NCBI GenBank assembly: GCA_040954595.2
Contig: CM082581.2
Location: 6,378,699 to 6,442,698 of the forward strand
Direction: 5' to 3'
Length of the DNA stretch: 64,000 bases
From: Balanoglossus misakiensis
Taxonomy: Eukaryota > Animalia > Hemichordata
Translations under genes and position numbers: made by a program
The notes under the pieces: model-generated
What the model was told of the DNA's origin: nothing
Database searches by the model: none
The model's input: only the letters and a program-made list of their open reading frames with translations
Part shown: positions 56,601 through 64,000 of the stretch, in pieces
Numbering within the stretch: position 1 is the stretch's first letter
How the letters are laid out: every line of letters starts with the position of its first letter

Positions 56601-57303
56601 CTACCCTTCAATGCTGCTTGCAGCTTTAATTTGTCCTGTGATTTTTATTTTATTTAATTATTACATATTTCGTAATATACTTTGTTGTAGGGATCTGTCC
56701 TTCAATAATCTCAGAACCATACCCAAAGGGTGCTTTAGAGGCCTCGGAAATCTTTCAATCCTGTAAGTACATGTATATTTGTTTTGTCTCGTTAGCTAAC
56801 CGCTCGATTTTTTTCTTTACACGCGCTTTTTCCCGATCATCAAAACCAATTTCCTCGGCCATGTGTCTTCGTTGGTTAGCCGGGTGTAGTCTGAAGACGT
56901 TCTGACAGGCGTGAGTGCGTTGCTATGGGCCAGTTGTTGCATCGTTTAAATTGTCTTATCCGTCATGTTGCCTATCGAGATTGCTTGTTGTAGTGTAGCC
57001 CACGGCTGTCTAATCACGGAGTGTCACACAGAATGACAAGTTCTTTTAACCACTACGCGTGTATGGGGGTGGGGGGGGGGGGGGTCGTGCGCGAGCTTTT
57101 ATCGCTCGAACGAATACCTTGCAAATTATTTAGACATTGTAGCACATATTCGAACCATGCATGAGCAAAATATTACCCTGGTCGCGAAAGTTTTGTATTT
57201 GATTTTTTTTTTTTGATAGGGATCTCAGATTCAACCTGTTTGTGGTTCTTGTCGCAGACACCTTTCTGGGTTTGAGGAAACTCACGAGCCTGTAAGTGAC
57301 GTA

Positions 57304-57402
<99 letters not shown>

Positions 57403-60400
57403 AAATACTGGGCAATTCAGCATTCAAACAAGAAACTGCAGTAGAATACAGATAAAAAAAATCACGAATAAAATAGCCAAAAGTTACAGCTGAGGGAATT
57501 TTAACTGAAGTGGTCGATGGATAACAGTCGAATGAGCATTTTATTAATGAAGACTGATGTGCTTTGAACGATTGATGATGTGCCAGTGGTTTTCCCGTCT
57601 GCCTGCCTATCAGAGCTGAATATAACTTTTGAGAGAAATCCTTAAGTAATTAGATAACATACATCAGGCAAAATGACAAAATCTCGTGTCTGTCGTTGAG
57701 CGATGGCGTCAATTGGCACGTAATGTCTGTAAATGTCCTTCGCCGAGTTGGAAATTGAGTCTTAATCCTTAAGCGTTCAAGTATCAGAATGATGGCATAA
57801 TTGATTGGTGTACAGTTCAGAGATGCCCAGTTATGTTATCGAGTATCGCAACTGGAGCCATAAATAACGTTCTGTTTTTTTGGCTGCATACAGGGTACTG
57901 GAGGGCAATCCGCTGAAGCGAATCGAAGATTTCGCGTTTCGGGAATTAGATTCTCTGCCAAAACTGTGAGTATGCAATTAGAGAAACTAAGCTGAATTTT
58001 CGGTACTTGTTATCAATGTACAATGTACATGTACTAGTAACTCACATATTTTCTATGTATCTGAACCATGGCTATTTTGACTATGGCTGATTAGCAGTAC
58101 CTGTATTTGAGGCCACATGGTGTAGACTTCTCCGTTACTTGTTTACAGCAACTATACGTCTTCACGTCATGTGACGTTTCATATCCTCTCATCTCGTGCA
58201 ATCTCGTTCGTTTCTGCAGGAATCTTGGTAATCTTCATCTTCGAACGTTAACAAACGACGTATTTGGTGGATTCATTTCCCTAGAAGAACTGTAAGTTTT
58301 ATATCGAAAGAGACAAATAATAATAAGTCGTCACATTCAGGTTATTGCACTTCTTACACTTCAACGCAGTTTTACTATAGGATACTTCGTTTTTTATCTT
58401 CAGTTAAAGAATGTTTTAAAATTCGAAAGTTGTCCTCTGCCGACAATTTTCGCTGCCGACCCCGGTCCAGGAAATGGCAAAATGATTAGACCGCGCTTAT
58501 AGTCGTCTGGTGATTGCATTCGGCTTTTGGCAATTTGTTCAATCGTTCAAATAACACGAGTGAGCTTATTTTTCCTCGCAGGAACATATCAAACAACAAT
58601 ATCCAATTGGGAGATGAAAACCAATTCTTTCGCAATCTTGCGAATCTGACTGCCCTGTGAGTATGATACCGACATCGTGTTTGTAACACAGAACGTTCAA
58701 CGCATCGATGATTCCAAGATGCGTGAATGCGGTTTACTTAGTTTGTGCGTTTTTGAGTAGTTTCATAAAAAATCATCAGGTTTCTCTATTATTTTGTCTT
58801 GTTTGGCTTTGTTGTATTTTTTTGGTTTGGTTTGGTTTGGTTTGGTTTCACTTGCTGTCCATTTGTGCAGGTACTCCGACCGTTTCTACTTCTGTTGCCT
58901 TGCCAACCAAAGGGTCAGTGGATCGAAACAACTTGAAACCTGCACGCCTGAGAAGGATGCGTTTTCCTCCTGCCAGGACCTGATGGCAAACCAGTACCTT
59001 CGCTCGTTTCTATGGATACTGGGAGCCAGCTCCTTCGGAGGAAACATCTTCGTCATCCTCTGGCGACTCAAAAACAAGGCCGACCGACGGAAAGTGCACT
59101 CTTTGCTCATTCTGAACCTTGGGCTGGCCGACTTTTTGATGGGGGTGTACATGCTCATCATCGCGTCGGTCGACCTGTACTATCGCGGTGTGTACAGCGC
59201 GTATGACGAAAGATGGCGGCACAGTAGGCTGTGCCACTTCAGCGGGTGTCTGTCTATGGTCTCCAGTGAAGTGTCGGTGTTTGCGCTGACTGTCATAACT
59301 GTCGATCGCTTCGTCAGCATAGTCTTCCCGTTCAGCACCCGCAAGATGACTCTCTACGTTGCCAAAAACGTGTGCATAATAGGCTGGCTTGTTGTGATTC
59401 TGATGTCCGCAGTGCCGTTTCTTCCAATTGACTACTTTGCGGGCGAGTTTTACGCACGGTCGAGTGTGTGCCTTCCGCTACAGATGACCAACGTGCGGCA
59501 CCCGGGCTGGGAGTATTCCGTGGCCATTTTCATCATCCTGAATTCGGTGTCGTTCACAGTTATCTTAGTCGGATATGTGGCCATGTTCGCCGCCGTTAGA
59601 AGAACGGGGAAGGCCGCCGCCTCCAGCAGACGACAGTGTGAGACCGCCCTCGCAAGGCGGATGACCGCCATCGTTATGACGGACTTCCTGTGCTGGATGC
59701 CAATCATCGTGATGGGGATTGCCGGACTCAGCGGCGTCCCAATCCCACTGGACGTGTACGCCGTGACCGCGGTGTTCATCCTGCCTTTGAACTCGTCCAT
59801 CAATCCAATACTTTATACCATATCAACGTTGACCCTTAAGAGGAAAACCACCTCCAATGTTAAGGACAGCGCACCAAATCGAGAATGGTTGGTTACCAAG
59901 ACAACGCAGGTGTCAGTGGACGTCGTCGACCTACAGCTTTCAAGTAAGTCCACAAACAAAATAATAAGTACATAGCCGATACTTTTAAAGTAAAACGCTT
60001 GGAAAATCTGAGATGGTTTGGCCAATGATGGGCCGGCCACAAGTTGTCATTTTTAAGATTTTGAGGACATATGTGTGAATTAGTCAAGTGGCAGGCTAAT
60101 TAGCATAACGACGTATAACCACGCCTTGCGAATATGTCGTCATTATTTTTTAGGCTTCATTAGAAAACTTGAGAGCAGCCACTTCCTCCCACCACTGTCG
60201 ACATCACACGCCGGCAAAGAATTCTACCAAATGACCAACCTTGCCAACAAGCTGCGGGAACTGAAATCATCGAAAAGCTGGCTGGAACTACGTGACGTCA
60301 TCGGCATCGCCCGAGGTGTCGCCGGCGCCATGGCGTTTCTTCATGACCACAGTATGGTGCATCAGTCCATCGACGAGAAGCACGTATTCATTCGAAACGT

Positions 60401-61146
60401 AAGCGTTCTTTTCATTTCTTTTTCCGCGCAACTGTGGTTTGCCCTTTACACCAATATAAGTAGCAGCAACAAACCCAAGCACCTGTATAATTCAAATCTA
60501 GTTAATTCGATCGCGTGTATTCTCTGGATTTGATTATTGCCGTGTTTTGTCGTATTATAATTGACAGATATAATAGAGATATTGCCAAGGTTTATTGTAT
60601 CATTTATTCAATCCTCCCAATCAAACTCACCTCTGCTGACAGAGTGAAAACAGACTGAGTGAAAGACAATTTTCCGGGAGTCTTGATAATTTAAAATCCA
60701 ATAAATATCGCAGTGATGGAAGGGAAATGCGCTAAATGAACCAGGGGAAACCTTTTCACAAGCTGCCAAGATTTTCAGAAATATCCTTTGGCCAGAGAAA
60801 GCGCCCCCAACGACATATAGACTGGTTTATCTTGCTAGCCCTTCCGGTTGTGCCTTCTTCCTAACCGATAGTAAGGTACGTTTAATCATGAAAATAAAAC
60901 TAGAATAAAGTCGATGACCATACCTGTAATTAACTTCGGAAATCCTTTCTTTTCCTCAAACAGGAAAGTGTTATGTCTGCATACCTAGGCGGTGCGCCGA
61001 CAGTTCATGAAGTTGACGACGACGCCAACTTACCGGCATTGACCGCCGCGGACGTCTTGCAGTACGGACAACTGATTAGCAAACTCCTGCACGTCACCAA
61101 GTGTTCCGTCTCGTCGCCACCCCTGATGAATCATACCCATCTTTAG
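20682..61146 (+). CDS. GRL101: GRL101-like LDLa/LRR-containing G-protein-coupled receptor with CUB, C-type lectin and EGF ectodomains and a C-terminal pseudokinase-like tail; 32 coding exons, ~2045 aa
   Basis: Phase-compatible exons: 20682-20748 (signal peptide [22 protein letters not shown]), 23529-23615, 24157-24546, 24907-25350, 25683-25805, 25954-26135, 26312-26483, 27143-27278, 27362-27609, 28127-28507, 29178-29636, 29746-29958, 30192-30258, 31440-31606, 31913-31966, 32606-32728, 32990-33103, 33538-33666, 33792-33902, 34088-34243, 34470-34586, 34978-35094, 35221-35326, 35989-36099, 56691-56762, 57220-57291, 57894-57965, 58220-58291, 58582-58656, 58871-59943, 60154-60398, 60964-61146. They total 6138 nt. 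The LDLa+LRR+7TM core is the GRL101/LGR type C architecture. The symbol denotes family, not proven orthology. The two 5'-most exons are less certain. Confidence 0.85.
24157..31606 (+). other. Ectodomain exons: CUB1, CTLD1, Ca-binding EGF, CTLD2, CUB2-4, CTLD3
   Basis: CUB: [30 protein letters not shown]; [19 protein letters not shown]; [17 protein letters not shown]; [19 protein letters not shown]: [34 protein letters not shown]: [19 protein letters not shown]; SWYDAANSC; [47 protein letters not shown]. Confidence 0.9.
30006..30050. repeat. (TTTG)n(TCTG)n microsatellite
   Basis: Directly visible in an intron. Confidence 0.85.
32606..35094 (+). other. Seven LDL-receptor class A repeat exons (one atypical)
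   Basis: Phase 1-1 exons, e.g. [73 protein letters not shown]. The atypical repeat reads [15 protein letters not shown]. Confidence 0.93.
36163..36314 (+). repeat. Short interspersed repeat, copy A (homologous to 61230-61382)
   Basis: Shares gatctcgcgagactt..ccg.agcaac.ggttg..gcagagtt.aaca..attgtaacttt.gtg.cgtt.aa..gatgggcc with copy B. Confidence 0.7.
36345..43709 (+). repeat. Tandem array of ~520-bp units (~14 copies), each with palindromic TTTGCACCGCTGCGGTGCAAA sub-repeats
   Basis: The marker ttaagaaacatgcagggaaacttgg occurs at about 36642, 37169, 37694, 38220, 38746, 39267, 39788, 40282, 40800, 41325, 41846, 42364, 42889 and 43411. Spacing is 518-527 bp with one 494-bp unit. Confidence 0.97.
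43710..56294 (+). repeat. 88-bp AT-rich satellite, ~143 highly homogeneous copies
   Basis: Consensus gtcaaaatatgaagaaattttgatatttcgcaaagtcgaaaaattgtcatttttggatgattttcatgagctataacccatgattttt. The period of 88 was checked at 43711/43799. Confidence 0.98.
56293..56605 (-). repeat. Inverted partial copy (~310 bp) of the 520-bp unit
   Basis: tctctgctgagcactccgtattcagacttgtccaagtgaaccgcg...gatgtgtactcgaaacagtcggaa is the reverse complement of the array unit. Confidence 0.95.
57305..57402. repeat. (TTG)n microsatellite, ~32 units
   Basis: Directly visible just after an LRR exon donor. Confidence 0.97.
58871..59943 (+). other. Hinge and seven-transmembrane exon (class A, LGR/glycoprotein-hormone/relaxin receptor type)
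   Basis: [19 protein letters not shown] hinge, GNIFVI (TM1), [13 protein letters not shown] (TM2), [16 protein letters not shown] (TM3), [16 protein letters not shown] (TM6), [12 protein letters not shown] (TM7). Confidence 0.97.
60154..61146 (+). other. Two exons encoding a degenerate protein-kinase C-lobe fragment
   Basis: [35 protein letters not shown] resembles helix E plus the catalytic loop. SAYLGG falls at the DFG position. [16 protein letters not shown] resembles helix F. Confidence 0.7.
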
Positions 61147-61229
61147 TACATGTATATGTATATTGCCATGATGGGCGCGGCTGTGTACAACAGGAAGGTT
61201 TGACGAGACTGAGAAAACACGCGATCGAG

Positions 61230-61382
61230 ATGATTTCCCGATCATTGCGTGATCTCGCGAGACTTAGTAAATAACCGAAGCAACAGGTTGTTGCATAATA
61301 CATGTACAAGTTAAGCTTTATATGAAACAAGTGCAGAGTTTAACACACATTGTAACTTTCGTGTCGTTTAAATCGATGGGCC
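61230..61382 (+). repeat. Short interspersed repeat, copy B (in the presumptive 3'UTR of the receptor)
   Basis: Homologous to 36163-36314, including the TCTCGCGAGA palindrome at 61253-61262. Confidence 0.7.
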
Positions 61383-64000
61383 GTGTGTTATTTGTCCGGG
61401 AGCATGTTGTAGGTCAAGTCAGTCGATGTTACAACTTGTTCACATATATTTAATTGTAAACTATTTATGTGTGTTCATGTTCGGACTCGTGTATTACGGT
61501 ATAAATTTTTATGAAACTACACAACTTCATTTGAAATAATAAGTTACAATCTCAGCTTTAGAGAACTTAATAAGACATAGGGGCGTAGAAAATATGACAG
61601 AACATTCTTCGTCGTACATAAATGATTTATTGTCAATATAGTCGTTGAAAATATCATTGTTGTTCACATTATCGTAGCTTCCTATAGCATTACAGCCTGA
61701 ACGTCTTGTTTTCCTAATTGGACGGGTTCGATAAATAAGGTCGTGCTCAAAAAACGAATTTTAAAATAAAATAATTTATAAGCTAAGTATGAAGCTGCAG
61801 TACTGGGATACGGTATAGGCGAAATGGGCGCTACATTTACGCTGTGTAGTCTGTCAAAAACGGTCATAAAATTTTGCAGTACAGGAGACAAGGTTCAAGG
61901 CATAAGTTACATTTCTTGACAAAACATTGTAAACTTCCAATTAGAAATTAAATCCATCTTTATCGTTCAATGAGCTGTTGCAATTGTTTCTTGTGCCGTG
62001 CACAGAATTTAGTCCGAGATTCTGAACGACAGCCTGAGTAAATGGATGATGATAAAAATAAATTACCCCTCCCCCCCCCCCCCTCCATCAATAATGAACA
62101 CCCGCGATATATAAATTAAACTTCCAACAAGCAAGCGTGTTTTGCGAACTATTTGTAAATTATGTCCTCTTTGGTGGCGTTTGACTTAATTATGCAAATG
62201 ATTGCGTGAAATACTAGTACATAGATAATGCCTCGGCGTATCGCCTGCATGGTCAGCTCTCGGTCATGAGCTAGGCGACGCCATCAATCAGAAATATTAC
62301 TAGACAGCATCAAACTCCACATATGTGACTGTTGAAAATGACGAAGAATTTCTTCGGTTTTATAGTTGTTTTCTTGAATGAGTAACTGATATCTGGAGAT
62401 TTAGCAATTAAGAGTAAATACATGATCTGACCCACGGTTACTTATTGAGGAAGACCACCAAAGTTTAACATAATTTTTCAAAAAACATGAGATCTGAAAG
62501 ACATTCGGTAAAATGTTCAATTAAATTATTTCCTCACGTTTGGGAGTGATATAAACGAGCTCCCGTTACCAAAAGTCTGGTTCAAAAATAAGTTCACACA
62601 GCCCACTGAAGTGACGCGGTACGGAAACTCAGTTCGTCTTCCCATGATTCATTGTGCTCGCCCCCCCCCCCCCCAATTGTTGGTCGACAGTGCAGTAACC
62701 CCAGTAGAATTTACGGCGAGTTTCACATATCTAGTTTATAGTCTTCTGCACAAGTACGTAGCGAATGGCGTTGCAGAAACTGTTGTTGAGCTCAATATGG
62801 TCCATATGTACAAAAGCATCCGATCCCCAACCGGCTAGTCATAAGAAGTACGTACAGAAGGTATATCCAAGAAGCGTTTAAGAACAAAACAATGGGCGGT
62901 TTCTAAAACCTTTGACAGCTGCAGAAAAACCGAAATATTCTTTCCTGTGGGTCAATATCGTTCGATTTCTCAATTTTCTGAATGTGTTGAAGAATTCCGG
63001 TAAAACATATATTTTGAGGGAGATCCGGTCCTGGTGTCCAATAATGGATGACGTGGAACACGACAATATTAAATCGATATAAGTACTGGATTGTGAAATG
63101 TGCAATCGACCGACAGGGTCCATAGAGGGTAACGACTATATAGTTTCATAACTACTGACCGGTTCTTAATTGGTGTTCCATCTCTAACCAATCGACGTAT
63201 AGTGACAGCGTCGCAAGACAATAAAAACATTTTGAGTTGTAACCACAAATACGAGTGGTGGGATTCCAGGGCATTGTTGAAGACAGCTTCGGCCAAGCCA
63301 ATCATAACTCGTGTACTTCAACCGTGAACACCAGACGAATAAGGGAGAGACCGCGACAGCAATTTGCTCCAGAATCCGTACGACAACTGTAATAGCGCCT
63401 CCAACGGCCTACACAGTACACCTGGGCGACTTTTATGGGCTAAACTTGTGCGCGCATCTTCACAGAATGCGATGTAAGTTAGTCACCAACTACCACAGTT
63501 TTGAGACTATTCGTTGTCGCTATCATCTATAAATGATGAGGCTTCGCTGATTGCGTCTGAAATGAGAAATCAAAAACGTAAGCATGACAGCATTTGTGTT
63601 TTTCACCTCCAAAAGAAAAGACCCTGGGCAGATTACAAATACGTGCAGGTTTAAATTGTTCGCCGATAGGTAGGATTATGAAAAAATATCGTATTTGTGC
63701 ATACATGTATATGTGAATTTTATTTTTCCCCAGTGGCTTAGGTTGCAGAAAGTACGACTGTTTCTTTTAAGCCTAAACAATAAGCTTTACTGAACATCGT
63801 CACACGTTAATTCCTAAAAGTACCGATTGAGATTAGAATATACTGAGACGGTGTTCATTTCAAATCGCTGTGCTTACCCATATCCGTAGGTTCTCTCAGT
63901 AACTTCCGGGCGGAACCGAGTACATTCTTTACTGTGGCCCTCCTTGGTTTCGCCTCGCCTGAAAGAGTACACAACTAAACTTTAACGAGAATCTCTGAAA

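Larger units (their letters stand above)
36345..56605. mobile_element. Possible non-autonomous foldback-like element (inverted outer repeats flanking a satellite core); no transposase ORF and no clear TSD
   Basis: Direct 520-bp array on the left, 88-bp satellite core, inverted 520-bp-unit copy on the right. Mobility is inference only. Confidence 0.4.
35221..58656 (+). other. LRR N-cap plus six LRR exons, split by the 20.6-kb repeat-filled intron
   Basis: N-cap [15 protein letters not shown]. Phase 2-2 exons of 72-75 nt: [104 protein letters not shown]... Confidence 0.93.

Noticed and set aside
58794-59975. 393-aa ORF as a stand-alone single-exon GPCR
   Set aside because: Its N-terminus is intronic (TTTGG)n sequence with a non-ATG start. 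The real exon begins at the acceptor 58870/58871 in phase with the LRR exons.
63895-63920. ACTTCCGG ETS-like motif suggesting a promoter at the window edge
   Set aside because: A single short motif with no associated gene visible in the window.

Overview
Intron-rich animal genomic DNA (GT-AG introns, probably a marine invertebrate). The left 17 kb holds three intact paralogous GMC (glucose-methanol-choline) FAD oxidoreductase genes arranged +, -, +. The second and third are head-to-head across ~680 bp. From 20.7 to 61.1 kb a single large + strand gene can be spliced by hand into 32 phase-compatible coding exons (~2045 aa). It is a GRL101-like leucine-rich-repeat GPCR: signal peptide, CUB, C-type lectin, Ca-EGF, C-type lectin, 3xCUB, C-type lectin, 7xLDLa, LRRNT/6 LRR exons, rhodopsin-class 7TM, then a cytoplasmic degenerate protein-kinase C-lobe (pseudokinase). 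One of its introns (36100-56690) is inflated to 20.6 kb by a composite repeat: ~14 tandem ~520-bp units carrying 29-bp palindromes, ~143 copies of an 88-bp satellite, and an inverted partial 520-bp unit, giving a foldback-like structure. All exon coordinates were read by eye and no searches were run.
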